Part shown: positions 34,984 to 44,329 of the stretch, one piece after another | How the letters are laid out: every line of letters starts with the position of its first letter | Position numbering within the stretch: the first letter of the stretch is position 1 | Source: Acidimicrobiales bacterium | Lineage (GTDB): Bacteria > Actinomycetota > Acidimicrobiia > Acidimicrobiales > Bog-793 | Direction of reading: 5' to 3' | Assembly (NCBI GenBank): GCA_050012675.1 | Contig: JBEKGS010000007.1 | Span: 14,405 to 78,404 of the forward strand | Length of the DNA stretch: 64,000 nucleotides | The notes under the pieces: model-generated | What the model saw: the letters and a program-made list of their open reading frames with translations, nothing else | What the model was told of the DNA's origin: nothing | The model's database searches: none | Translations under genes and position numbers: made by a program

Positions 34984-37029
34984 CTAATGGAGCATTACCT
35001 GGCCCCCGGTCACAGGTAACGCCTGGCCCGTCTCGTACTCCTGTTCGACCAAGTAATAGATGGCTTTCATGACGTCGGCCGTCGTGCACCCGCGACGCAT
35101 CGGCACCTTGTCGGTGTAGTACCTCTTCACGTCTTCCACTGTCTGAGCACCGGGGACCTTCCCGGTGTCTAAGTACTGAACGAATAGCCCAGTCTTCGGG
35201 TCCGACCACAAGGGTCCATCCAGGAAGTTGCCGGGACAGACGGAGTTCACTTTGATGCCGTCAGCCACAAGCTCGAGGGCGAAGGACTGGGTCAGGCCAA
35301 CTCCGCCAAATTTCGAGCCCGCGTAGGCGAAATTCTTCTCCGACCCTGCGAGACCCGATTTCGAGTTGATTTGTATGATGTCGCTCCAGTGATCCGGGCG
35401 TAAACGACGCGGGATCGCCATCACCGGGACGGCCTTTTGCACACACAGGAAGTAGCCCTTGTAGTTCACAGCCGTCGACAGGTCGAAGTCCCCCTCGGTC
35501 TGAGTCTTCACGCTGGCGGCCCTGAGCACGCCCGCATTCGAGACCAGCAGGTCCAGGCCGCCGTAGGCGCGCACGACCTGGTGTATCAGCTCGTCGACCG
35601 ATGCTGGGGCGGCGACGTCGACGGGAAAGCCCATCGCCCGCCCGTCCCCCCACTCCTGGGAAAGAGTCCCGGCCGCCGCCTGTGCGCCTACATCGTTGAC
35701 ATCGGCCATGGCGACATGTGCACCCTGCGAAACGAGGCCCTGAGCTATTTCCAGACCGAAGCCCTGCGCCGCGCCGGTAACAAGTGCCACCTTGCCCCCG
35801 ACACGTCCGGCGCGGTGGGCGGGCGAAGCAACCTGTCGCCTGTAGGACTCGACCTCCCATTCCTCGATGAAGTGTCGCAACTCCTCACCGAGCGGTTCGA
35901 TGCCGCCGAGCCCCACGGCGCCAGCCATGACTTCGATTGCGTCCCTGTAAACCTGGCGCACGGCGTCGGCTGCCGACCAGGTGTCGCCAGCGGCAAACAG
36001 TCCGAGTCCTTTGACCATCACCACGTTGGGCAAGGTCTGGTATCTGCGCTGGTAGTCACCGACGGCGTCAGTGAGGCGTATCACAAGGTCACCTCCCGCC
36101 TCGGCCTCAAACCACAAGGGGAAGGACTTGCAGTAGACGATCTGGTCCGGGCAGAGAGGGCCGAGAGCCGTCACCGCCTCTGCGTCGGTCGCGCCGGCCA
36201 AGCGGATCGTCGCGGGTGAATCGTCGAACGTGACGACCTTTAGAGCTTCGCCCGCACTCAAGAGCACTCGCAACGCCGGCGCGATCATGTTGACGATCTC
36301 GCGTGACCGAGCCCGGTCCGCCGTGGTCACAACGCCAAAAGGCTGAGGAGACCTGGTCGGTGCCAGTACTCGCTCGAGCTCCTGGAACAACCAGTCGGTG
36401 TGGGCCCTTATCTCGTCAGGCGTTTCCCCACTGACAACCAGACCGTGGTTGCCCATGACCACGGCGCGAGGGCCTTCACGACCGGTTCTCTCCCGGTAGT
36501 CGCAAAGGGCCCGCTCCAGGGTCTTGGCAAGCAGGAAGCCGGGATCGACCGGGTCGACCCAGAGCACCTCGTCACCCAGCTCACGTCGGAGTATCGCGTC
36601 GCCGTCGCGAGCGCAACTGAAGGTGTTGACGAGCGTCGGGTGGGTGTGCACGACGAAGCGGTTCGGAATCAGGTGGTGAAGCACCGCCTCGACCGAGGGA
36701 CGTCTCCCTATTTGCGGTTCGACGCGAGCGGCGAGTACCGCTTCTTTGAACTGCTCCTCGCGTTCTTTACGATCGGTGCTGAGAGTGCTTTCCAACAGCG
36801 TCTGCAGCGCCCCCCTGTCCAGCTCGACGATTCCTTCGAGGCTGATAGTGGCGAGCGCGTAACCGCTCGCCTTGACGAACAGACGGTCACCTATCTTCAC
36901 GGAGGTGTTGCCTCCGCCGGCCAGCACGAACTGCGGGTCAGATCCGTAGTAGTGGGACAGGTCGAGCAGATGCTGGAGCGGGCTCTCGTTCGCCGCGAAC
37001 GACGGCCACGACCGCCCTGTCGCAGTCAC
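34984..37029 (-). CDS. rhaEW: Bifunctional L-rhamnulose-1-phosphate aldolase / SDR lactaldehyde dehydrogenase (RhaEW-type fusion)
   Basis: N-terminal class II aldolase-like part (SHYYGSDPQFVLAGGGNTSVK, FVVHTHP) and C-terminal SDR (KVALVTGAAQGFG). Start set to GTG 37029, which overlaps the upstream stop (GTGA) and follows GAGGA. Confidence 0.9.
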   Translation of the reverse strand: MTATGRSWPSFAANESPLQHLLDLSHYYGSDPQFVLAGGGNTSVKIGDRLFVKASGYALATISLEGIVELDRGALQTLLESTLSTDRKEREEQFKEAVLAARVEPQIGRRPSVEAVLHHLIPNRFVVHTHPTLVNTFSCARDGDAILRRELGDEVLWVDPVDPGFLLAKTLERALCDYRERTGREGPRAVVMGNHGLVVSGETPDEIRAHTDWLFQELERVLAPTRSPQPFGVVTTADRARSREIVNMIAPALRVLLSAGEALKVVTFDDSPATIRLAGATDAEAVTALGPLCPDQIVYCKSFPLWFEAEAGGDLVIRLTDAVGDYQRRYQTLPNVVMVKGLGLFAAGDTWSAADAVRQVYRDAIEVMAGAVGLGGIEPLGEELRHFIEEWEVESYRRQVASPAHRAGRVGGKVALVTGAAQGFGLEIAQGLVSQGAHVAMADVNDVGAQAAAGTLSQEWGDGRAMGFPVDVAAPASVDELIHQVVRAYGGLDLLVSNAGVLRAASVKTQTEGDFDLSTAVNYKGYFLCVQKAVPVMAIPRRLRPDHWSDIIQINSKSGLAGSEKNFAYAGSKFGGVGLTQSFALELVADGIKVNSVCPGNFLDGPLWSDPKTGLFVQYLDTGKVPGAQTVEDVKRYYTDKVPMRRGCTTADVMKAIYYLVEQEYETGQALPVTGGQVMLH

Positions 37030-38453
37030 TTTGCCGTCCTCAGTGTCGCAGCGTGCGTTTGTCCCACGGCGGCGGTGGTGTCGTCCGGTCGCGCGAAGGC
37101 GTCGATGACCATGGAGCCCAACCGTGCCAGGTCGTCGATTCGCTGGTCGCGGCTCGTGAAGGCCTGATTCAGGCTGCCTGTTGCATCCACGTAGCCAATA
37201 TGACCGCGTGCCGACAGGTACTGGTGCGCTGCAATCACGCAAGCTCCTTCCCAGAACAGTTCCGCCGCGTGTTCGGAGACCGGCACACGACCTTTGCACT
37301 CAGGAGTTATCGGCACCAGATCGAGCGTGTTGTGCTCAGTGCCTCCCAGCACGACGATCCCGGCGCTGCGCAGCGCGTTCGTGTAGCGGTCCACCGTGGT
37401 GCTGGCGTTGCGGCTCGGGATGACTTCCGCACACCAGATCCCTCGGGCGATCAGCGCGTCGACGAGGTCGTCGACCGACTCCTCGAACTGGCACACCGGT
37501 GATGCGCCGTCGGCCAGGATGGGGTAGCACGGTACACCGCCGAGGGCGAGAACCAGCGCATAGGCCATGTCAGCGTCGAGGACGGATTCCTCGACGTAGG
37601 CGGGCTTGCCAGCCTTCATCAGTTGCGAGCGGATCAGGTTCTGCACCGTTACCGGGTCGTCGGGTGCCGCGCATTCGACACCCAATAAGCGCCGCAGCGT
37701 AACGGCACGCTCTGCTTCGGCGACCTGGGCGAACAATGCTTCCTGGAATGCTTGGGCGACATGGCGCTCTTGCAGGTACACCGTGTCCGCGGGCACCGCG
37801 TAGCGACGCGCCAGCACCGAACGGATCGACGCGGGGCTGACGTCGACGCCGACGCCATCGTCGTGCACAAGTGCGCTCACCTGCTCGATCATCTTGTCTA
37901 TCCGCGCGCCGTCGGCGTCGCGGATCTCCTCCATCAGCCGGTGGGCGTCCGGGGGCATTTGAGCAAAACGTGTGATCCCTTTCCCGCACAGGTACATGCG
38001 CCCGGGGTTGTCGGGATCGTTGACCTTGATGCCTGCGGCCCTGAGCTCTTCGACCCGGCTGATTATCTCGACTCCGAAGAGGGGAAACACGCCCTGAGAG
38101 CGACCGGAGGCCGCGAAGCGTGCGTAGATGGAGAAGTCGTAGTAGTTACTCGAGCCCAGGACCTTGAGCCCGGCATCTGCGGCTAAGTCGACCGCTTGTT
38201 CGACAGTCGTGAACGCTGAGAAGTTGGGTGGAAGATGAACGTGGGTGTTGACCCTTGGGCTCCTGCTCAGCGCACGGTCCTGCGTCTCGGTCCGGCCCGG
38301 GTCGGGCGCACTCTGGGTGACTGCGGTTGGCGACTGGGTGAGTTCAGAGAAGCCAGCCGACATGAGGTCGGGCAATTCGCGAAGTATCACGAGAGGGTCG
38401 GGGATCTCTACACTGGCCGCTGCCTCGGCCGTCGCTCGAGCTTGGGGCTGCAT
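37026..38453 (-). CDS. Hypothetical metal-dependent hydrolase-like protein (PHP/amidohydrolase-like HxH N-terminus), function unknown
   Basis: 475 aa from ATG 38453. VNTHVHLPPNFSAF near the N-terminus and GGTEHNT later suggest a metal-binding TIM-barrel or PHP fold. It sits between rhaB (5-nt gap) and rhaEW (4-nt overlap). Confidence 0.7.
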   Translation of the reverse strand: MQPQARATAEAAASVEIPDPLVILRELPDLMSAGFSELTQSPTAVTQSAPDPGRTETQDRALSRSPRVNTHVHLPPNFSAFTTVEQAVDLAADAGLKVLGSSNYYDFSIYARFAASGRSQGVFPLFGVEIISRVEELRAAGIKVNDPDNPGRMYLCGKGITRFAQMPPDAHRLMEEIRDADGARIDKMIEQVSALVHDDGVGVDVSPASIRSVLARRYAVPADTVYLQERHVAQAFQEALFAQVAEAERAVTLRRLLGVECAAPDDPVTVQNLIRSQLMKAGKPAYVEESVLDADMAYALVLALGGVPCYPILADGASPVCQFEESVDDLVDALIARGIWCAEVIPSRNASTTVDRYTNALRSAGIVVLGGTEHNTLDLVPITPECKGRVPVSEHAAELFWEGACVIAAHQYLSARGHIGYVDATGSLNQAFTSRDQRIDDLARLGSMVIDAFARPDDTTAAVGQTHAATLRTAK

Positions 38454-38458
38454 CGGCG

Positions 38459-39943
38459 TTATTCCCCGGCAGATGGCAGGACGACCCGGGCCTGCGCACG
38501 CTGCCACGTGTCTTCCTGTCCCGATGGGTGGTAAATGGTGCATTCCGTGCTGGCCCGGACGACCGCCCGCATCTCGGTGAGACTCCCCACGAGGGCACCG
38601 TGGGCCCTCGCCTGCACGAGCAAGCTCCCGAGTGTGGTCGCTTCCGCCGGGCCGGCGATGACCGGCAGCCCCAGTGCGTCGGCAGTGAGCTGGCAGAGCA
38701 GACGGTTGCGAACGCCGCCGCCTACGAGGTGAACCACATCAACGTCCCGCCCGGTCAGAGCGCGCGCTTCGTTGATCGTGCGTCTGTGAGCGAGAGCGAG
38801 GCTGTCCAGGATGCATCGAACGAGAGCTGCACGCGTCTGCGGCTGTGGCTCACCGGATCGGGCGCAGATTTCTGCTATCCGGCGAGGCATGTCTCCCGGA
38901 GGCAGGAACACGGGGTCGTCGACGTCTATGAGCGACCGCAGTCCGGGCAATCGAGCCGCTTCGGCGATCAGGCCCTCGAGGTCAGCCGGTTCGCCTGCGC
39001 GCTCGAAGGCCGCGATGCACTCCTGAAGGATCCACAGGCCCATGACGTTGCGCAGGTACCGAACGGTGCCATCGACCCCGCGCTCGTTGGTGAAGTTGGC
39101 ACGGCGGCTCGCTTCGCTGAGCACCGGTCGATCCAGCTCAAGGCCGACCAGCGACCACGTTCCGGAGGCTATGAAGGCGAACCGCTCCGAGACAGCCGGG
39201 ACGGCGACGACCGCCGACGCCGTGTCGTGCGAGCCCACCGCAGTGACACGGACGGGTCCGGCGAGCTCGGTCTCACGCATCACCTCGGGAACGAGGTCGC
39301 CCACCGCGTCGCCGGGGTCTCGGAGAGCGGGAAACAGGTCGCTGCGAATGCCCAGCTGGTTCATCAGCTCGACGTCCCAGCGTCCCGTCTCGATGGACAG
39401 CAGCTGGGTGGTTGATGCGTTGGTCACCTCGGCACCGACCTTACCGGTGAGCCAGTACCCGAAGAGGTCGGGCATCAAGAGCAGTGTCTTAGCGGCCTCG
39501 AGCTGGGCCGTGCCTGCGGCCGCGACGAGCTGGTACAACGTGTTGAACGGCAACAGCTGGATGCCGGTGCGCCGGTAGAGATCGGCCGCGGGGATCTGCT
39601 TGAGGACAAACTCGATAATGCCCTCGGTGCGGCGGTCCCGGTAGTGGACCGGGTTACCGAGCAGTCGCCCATCGGAGTCGAGGAGCCCGAAATCGACACC
39701 CCAGCTGTCGATCCCCACCGAATCCAGCCTGTCGCAATGCCTCCCCGCCTTTCGCAGACCGTCGAGGATGGATCGGTACAGGCCGAGCGCGTCCCAGTGC
39801 AACATGCCGCCGACGGTCACCGGCCCGTTCCAAAAACGGGCCACTTCCGACACGCGGAGCTGCTGATCCTGCACCACTCCGAGCACCATGCGGCCGCTGG
39901 AGGCGCCGAGATCGATCGCGACGTGGTGGGTCGTCGGTGACAT
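38459..39943 (-). CDS. rhaB: Rhamnulokinase (FGGY family)
   Basis: HVAIDLGASSGRMVLG, GIDSWGVDFGLLD, FIASGTWSL and HLVGGGVRN; 494 aa. Confidence 0.9.
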   Translation of the reverse strand: MSPTTHHVAIDLGASSGRMVLGVVQDQQLRVSEVARFWNGPVTVGGMLHWDALGLYRSILDGLRKAGRHCDRLDSVGIDSWGVDFGLLDSDGRLLGNPVHYRDRRTEGIIEFVLKQIPAADLYRRTGIQLLPFNTLYQLVAAAGTAQLEAAKTLLLMPDLFGYWLTGKVGAEVTNASTTQLLSIETGRWDVELMNQLGIRSDLFPALRDPGDAVGDLVPEVMRETELAGPVRVTAVGSHDTASAVVAVPAVSERFAFIASGTWSLVGLELDRPVLSEASRRANFTNERGVDGTVRYLRNVMGLWILQECIAAFERAGEPADLEGLIAEAARLPGLRSLIDVDDPVFLPPGDMPRRIAEICARSGEPQPQTRAALVRCILDSLALAHRRTINEARALTGRDVDVVHLVGGGVRNRLLCQLTADALGLPVIAGPAEATTLGSLLVQARAHGALVGSLTEMRAVVRASTECTIYHPSGQEDTWQRAQARVVLPSAGE

Positions 39944-40107
39944 CTAAGCCGTACAGGTAGCGGTCACGCCATCTCCGCACGGCACGTCCCGAATCGGAGG
40001 CAAGATGCAGCGGCTCCTGAGCATGCCGGCGGCTTGCTCCGCCCTTCCCGCTTGGCAGGGAACGTAGGGCAGGTCGTGAACGTAAGGGCTGGTCACCATC
40101 CTCTCTT

Positions 40108-41283
40108 TCAGGAGCCCCATCCCGCCTGGCTACCCTCGGCCCTGAGCTCGATTATTCGCTCGGCATAGCCGGAGCGGGCGTAAGCCGCGAGAGGATCCGG
40201 GTCCAAGTCCATACTCTCGCGGACTTCTGCCAGAAGGGGCCGCACGTCGGTGTTGTATGCGTCCATCAAGACGCCGTGCGCACCGAGCACGTCGCCGGCC
40301 TCCTGGCGCTCTTGCAGCGCCTCGCGATCTACCAGCAACGCTTTGGCGGTCGCCTCCTGCACATTCATCACAGAGCGGATCTCGGCCGGGATCTTCGCCT
40401 CCAGGTTGTGACACTGGTCGAGCATGAAGGCCACGCCGCTGTCCTGGTCGAGGGCCGACGCGGCAACGATCTCGTTCATGATCCGGAAGAGCTGAAACGG
40501 ATCCGCGGCACCGACCATGAGGTCGTCATCGGCATAGAACCGGCTGTTGAAGTGAAAGCCCCCCAGCTTGCCGGCCCGCAGCAACACCGCCACGATGAAC
40601 TCGATGTTCGTGCCCGGGGCATGGTGACCGGTGTCGACCAACACCTGTGCACGATCGCCAAGGCGAATGCAGTGAGCAAAAGAGGTACCCCAGTCGGGTA
40701 CGTCGGTGCTGTAGAAAGCCGGCTCGAAGAACTTGTACTCGAGCAGCATCCGCATGCCCGAAGGAAGCGAGCCGTACACCTCGGCAAGGGCCTCCGCCAT
40801 GCAGTCCTGTCGCCTGGCGATGCTGTCCTGACCCGGGTAGTTGGTGCCGTCCGCAAACCACAGGCTCAAGATCGTCGAACCGGTCGCCTTCGCCACCTCG
40901 ACACACTCCTGGAGATGCCCTATGGCACGACGGCGCACCGCCGGGTCCGGGTTGCAAACGCTGCCCAGCTTGTAGTCGAGCTCCTGGAACACGTTGGGGT
41001 TGACAGCGCCGATCTCGACTCCGACGCTCCGGGCGTGTTTGGCCAGGCTCTCGTAGTCGTCGACACGATCCCACGGGATGTGGATGGCCACCGACGGGGC
41101 GATACCGGTGAAACGGTGTACCTGGGCGGCGTCGTCGATCTTCTCGTAAGGGTTGCGCGCCACCCCGGGCTGGGGGAACACCTTGAACCGGGTGCCAGAA
41201 TTACCGTAGGCCCAGGAGGGCGTCTCAATCCGCTGCCGACGCAGGGCTTCTCGAACTGCAGATAAATTGGTCATTTTCCTCAT
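40108..41283 (-). CDS. rhaI: L-rhamnose isomerase (xylose-isomerase-like TIM barrel type)
   Basis: RIETPSWAYGNSGTRFKVF, SVAIHIPWD, VLVDTGHHAPGTNIE and FHFNSRFYADDDL; 391 aa (alternative ATG 41274). Confidence 0.9.
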   Translation of the reverse strand: MRKMTNLSAVREALRRQRIETPSWAYGNSGTRFKVFPQPGVARNPYEKIDDAAQVHRFTGIAPSVAIHIPWDRVDDYESLAKHARSVGVEIGAVNPNVFQELDYKLGSVCNPDPAVRRRAIGHLQECVEVAKATGSTILSLWFADGTNYPGQDSIARRQDCMAEALAEVYGSLPSGMRMLLEYKFFEPAFYSTDVPDWGTSFAHCIRLGDRAQVLVDTGHHAPGTNIEFIVAVLLRAGKLGGFHFNSRFYADDDLMVGAADPFQLFRIMNEIVAASALDQDSGVAFMLDQCHNLEAKIPAEIRSVMNVQEATAKALLVDREALQERQEAGDVLGAHGVLMDAYNTDVRPLLAEVRESMDLDPDPLAAYARSGYAERIIELRAEGSQAGWGS

Positions 41284-41339
41284 CTTCTCATCTGATGGCG
41301 GGCGTCTCGCACTGCGTTGTCCACCAGGACGGGTGAGTT

Positions 41340-41660
41340 TCAGTCAAGGTGGAATATTTCCGGAATGGGCACGATGCCGCGATCGGGAGGTCCGCCGCCG
41401 AGCCCTACGAAGTACTCGGCCATCTCGGCCTGCCAGCGTGCGTTCACAGAGGTCGACTCCATGGCCCGCTGAGCCTGTTCCAGGTTCTCGCATTCGAAGT
41501 AGCCGGTCAGCAGACCGGTCGAGTCGAGAAAGAGAGAGTAGTTGCGCCAGCCGGCAGCCGAGAGCGCGTCACGCATCTCCGGCCACACCGATGCGTGCCG
41601 ATCCCGGTATTCAGCAAGGCGGTCCGGGTCTACCCGGAGATGGAAGCAAATACGTTGCAT
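41340..41660 (-). CDS. rhaM: L-rhamnose mutarotase
   Basis: 106 aa. MQRICFHLRVDPDRLAEYRDRHASVWPEMRDAL...NYSLF...YFE matches RhaM. Confidence 0.9.
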   Translation of the reverse strand: MQRICFHLRVDPDRLAEYRDRHASVWPEMRDALSAAGWRNYSLFLDSTGLLTGYFECENLEQAQRAMESTSVNARWQAEMAEYFVGLGGGPPDRGIVPIPEIFHLD

Positions 41661-41685
41661 TGGGGATGTCAGGACTTTGGGAGAC

Positions 41686-41715
41686 GAAGGGCGCAGGCCT
41701 AAGCCTGCGCCCTTC
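41686..41715 (-). terminator. 13-bp perfect stem-loop just downstream of the binding-protein gene (attenuator or mRNA-stabilising hairpin; no U-tract)
   Basis: GAAGGGCGCAGGC-CTAA-GCCTGCGCCCTTC read directly, 10 nt after the stop at 41725. Confidence 0.4.
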
Positions 41716-41724
41716 GGGACTCAC

Positions 41725-42792
41725 TTAGAAGTTGAACTGCGCGATGTTCGACTTGTTGAAGATGAACGGCATGCCGAGAAGGACGGTCTGGTCGGGACCA
41801 ACCGTGTACTTCCCAAGCTTTCCAGCGGTGAATTTCTGACCCACAGCGTTGGTGATGACGCCAGAGGCGAAGTTCACGGCCGCGTACGCCGCCAGGTAGC
41901 CGAGGTCAGCCGGGTTCCAAAGGGCGAACTCCGGGCAGGTCCCGTCAAGGACGTACTTCTTCATGGCCAAAGGCGTGCCCAGGCCGGTGAGGTGGACAAT
42001 GCCGCGGTACTTGGCGGTGTCCAGGACTGCTGCCGCTGCAGCGATACCGACGGTGGTCGGCGAGATGATCCCCTTGAGGTTCGGGTACGCCGTGAGCAGG
42101 CCCTCAGTGACTGTCGTCGAGGTGGCCGTGTCGTCCATGCCGTAGACGATCTTGACGAGCTGGATCTTGGGGTACTTCTTCAGCTCTTGCTTCATGTAGC
42201 CGATCCAGGCGTTCTGGTTCGTCGCCGTGGGCGCTGCAGAGACGATTGCGAGCTGACCGGCGTCGCCCATCTCCTTGGCAATGATGTCAACCTCGATGTC
42301 TCCGATGCCCTGCGAGGTCGCCTGCTCGATCCAAAGGTCGCGGCACGCGGGAGCGTCAGAGTCGTACGTGACGACTGTGACCCCTCTAGCCATGGCTCCC
42401 TTGAGCGTCGGGCAGAGCGCGTCAGGGTCGGTGGCCGAAACGATCAGAATGTTGGCGCCCTTGGTTATGGCACCCTCGATGGCGGGGATCTGCGAGCTGG
42501 GTGTCGCAGCGGTCCCGCTGGTCTCGGTGCCGAGTTCGCCCAACGCCCTCAGGGCGAAGAGCGCTCCACCGGTCTTGACGCTGTCGGAGGTGGTGAAATA
42601 CGAGTTGCCGAGGTTCTTGGGGATCACGAACGCCTTGAGGCCCTTCTCCAGGGGCCGGGTTGCGTTGACAACCCGAGGCGAGGAAGCCGCCGTCGCCACG
42701 CCGGACACGGCAACCATGCTGGCTATCGCAAGGCCGACCGCCACCGCACCCAGCAGCGAGACCCGTAGACGGCTCTTAATAGGGTTGTTCAT
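41725..42792 (-). CDS. Rhamnose ABC transporter substrate-binding protein (RhaS-like)
   Basis: ATG 42792 preceded by GGAGGC. Signal peptide MNNPIKSRLRVSLLGAVAVGLAIASMVAVSGVATAA, then a periplasmic sugar-binding fold. Lies in the rha locus. Confidence 0.9.
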   Translation of the reverse strand: MNNPIKSRLRVSLLGAVAVGLAIASMVAVSGVATAASSPRVVNATRPLEKGLKAFVIPKNLGNSYFTTSDSVKTGGALFALRALGELGTETSGTAATPSSQIPAIEGAITKGANILIVSATDPDALCPTLKGAMARGVTVVTYDSDAPACRDLWIEQATSQGIGDIEVDIIAKEMGDAGQLAIVSAAPTATNQNAWIGYMKQELKKYPKIQLVKIVYGMDDTATSTTVTEGLLTAYPNLKGIISPTTVGIAAAAAVLDTAKYRGIVHLTGLGTPLAMKKYVLDGTCPEFALWNPADLGYLAAYAAVNFASGVITNAVGQKFTAGKLGKYTVGPDQTVLLGMPFIFNKSNIAQFNF

Positions 42793-42884
42793 AAGCTGAA
42801 GCCTCCATTTCAGTTCCGACCGGCAAGAGTCGGTTGGATTACGGTTGCATGTATAAGCAGCCAATTGGAACTGTACAGCGGCAT

Positions 42885-42897
42885 TGAATCGTTCGCA
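42885..42897. promoter_or_regulatory. Candidate LacI-family (rhamnose regulator) operator upstream of the binding-protein gene
   Basis: TGAATCGTTCGCA lies within ATTGAATCGTTCGCAAT and shares the 9-mer TGAATCGTT with the site at 47293. Confidence 0.35.
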
Positions 42898-43120
42898 ATA
42901 GGCTAATTCTATCGGTGCGGGTGCCGTACGATGCGCTCACGATTCCCCGCCAGGCACGAAACAATGGCAGGAACAAACCCTGAAGGGCATCGCGCCAACG
43001 CGGGCCAGAGTCACTTCCGCGACACGGCCCAACAGCTCACGACTCCACTCCCCGGCGATCTAAAAAACGTCGCAGCAGATTATGTCCCCGCTGGTGGAGG
43101 ACACATAGCCCGACACCAGC

Positions 43121-44329
43121 TCAAATAGAGGGGCCTCCCCGCCCAACCTCGTTACCGCTGTCGCTTGCTTCTAATGGCCGCGCCACCGACCCGCTGTGGA
43201 CAATTGCCGCTTCCGGTACCTGTTGTTTTCGCAGGCGGTGACGTCCGGCACGGAACCGCGCTCGGAACTCTGGCACGCTGGGCACCAGCACGCTGAGCAA
43301 CAACAGGCCGCCTATGACGATGCCACTCGCCTGCTGTGGGAAGCCCGTGAGCAACAGAGCATCCAACAAGCCGGAGTAGATGAGTACGGCAAACACGACA
43401 CCGACCATGGAACCCTTGCCGCCGAAAATTGACACGCCGCCCAAAAGGACGATTGCAACGACGGAAAGGACGAGACCCGTCCCGTTGTCATACTCGGCGG
43501 TGGAGAGCCTGAATGTGTAAAGGATTCCGGCGCCCGAACAGACGACACCGGACACGATGTACAGGATCATCTTGGTCCGCTTGACGCGGAGTCCCGAGAA
43601 GATGGCCGCCTCCTGATTGGCCCCCATGGCAAACAGAGATCGACCGAAGGGGGTGAAGTGCAACACAACCCCAAAGATGATTGCCAGTACGAAGAAGATC
43701 ACTGTCGAGTACGACAAGCCGATGCCGGGCACGCCGTACACTCCGAGGTTGGTGTATGTGGCGGGAAAATTCGAGACAATATTCGAACCGAGAAGGATCT
43801 CGGCGATACCCGCATAAAGCAACATCGTGCCGATCGTCACGGCGATCGAAGGCAGACCCACCCGCGTGACGAGGAAACCGTTGAAAGCCCCCAGGAAGGC
43901 GCCGCAGATCAGGACCACGACGATGACCGCGGGCATTGGCCAGCCGTGCATCCAAAGGAGCCCCAGCAGGCTGCTCGCGAGGCCGAGCGTCGACGAGACC
44001 GAGAGGTCGATCTCGCCGGTCACGATGATCAGTGTCATGGGGAGGGCCATGATGGCGAGCTCGCCGTTGGACAGCCCCATGTTGAAAAAGTTGTAGTTGG
44101 TGAGGAACTCAGGAGACAGCACCCGCCCCACGATGAACACGGCTACGAAGGTCGCGAACAGCGCGACCTCCCAGCGCGCCAAGCCCCGGATGCCAAAGGA
44201 GCGGGCTGACCCGGTGCTCGCCGGCTGAGGCTCGCCGGTCCCGGACGTCAGTGATCCCGGTAGCTCAGCGCCCGAAGACGTCGGCGTCACGGTCGGGACG
44301 TCGGTGGCGACCACTGGCTCAGGGTTCAT
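43121..44329 (-). CDS. Sugar (rhamnose) ABC transporter permease
   Basis: 402 aa, polytopic. Monosaccharide (CUT2-type) ABC permease pattern (LSNGELAIMALPMTLIIVTGEIDLSV). Overlaps the upstream permease by 11 nt. Confidence 0.9.
   Translation of the reverse strand: MNPEPVVATDVPTVTPTSSGAELPGSLTSGTGEPQPASTGSARSFGIRGLARWEVALFATFVAVFIVGRVLSPEFLTNYNFFNMGLSNGELAIMALPMTLIIVTGEIDLSVSSTLGLASSLLGLLWMHGWPMPAVIVVVLICGAFLGAFNGFLVTRVGLPSIAVTIGTMLLYAGIAEILLGSNIVSNFPATYTNLGVYGVPGIGLSYSTVIFFVLAIIFGVVLHFTPFGRSLFAMGANQEAAIFSGLRVKRTKMILYIVSGVVCSGAGILYTFRLSTAEYDNGTGLVLSVVAIVLLGGVSIFGGKGSMVGVVFAVLIYSGLLDALLLTGFPQQASGIVIGGLLLLSVLVPSVPEFRARFRAGRHRLRKQQVPEAAIVHSGSVARPLEASDSGNEVGRGGPSI

Noticed and set aside
42931-43128. 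65-aa plus-strand ORF in the permease/binding-protein gap, and the 98-aa minus ORF at 47073-47369
   Set aside because: No SD-like sequence, no recognisable motifs, and they lie within probable promoter/operator regions. Treated as non-coding.
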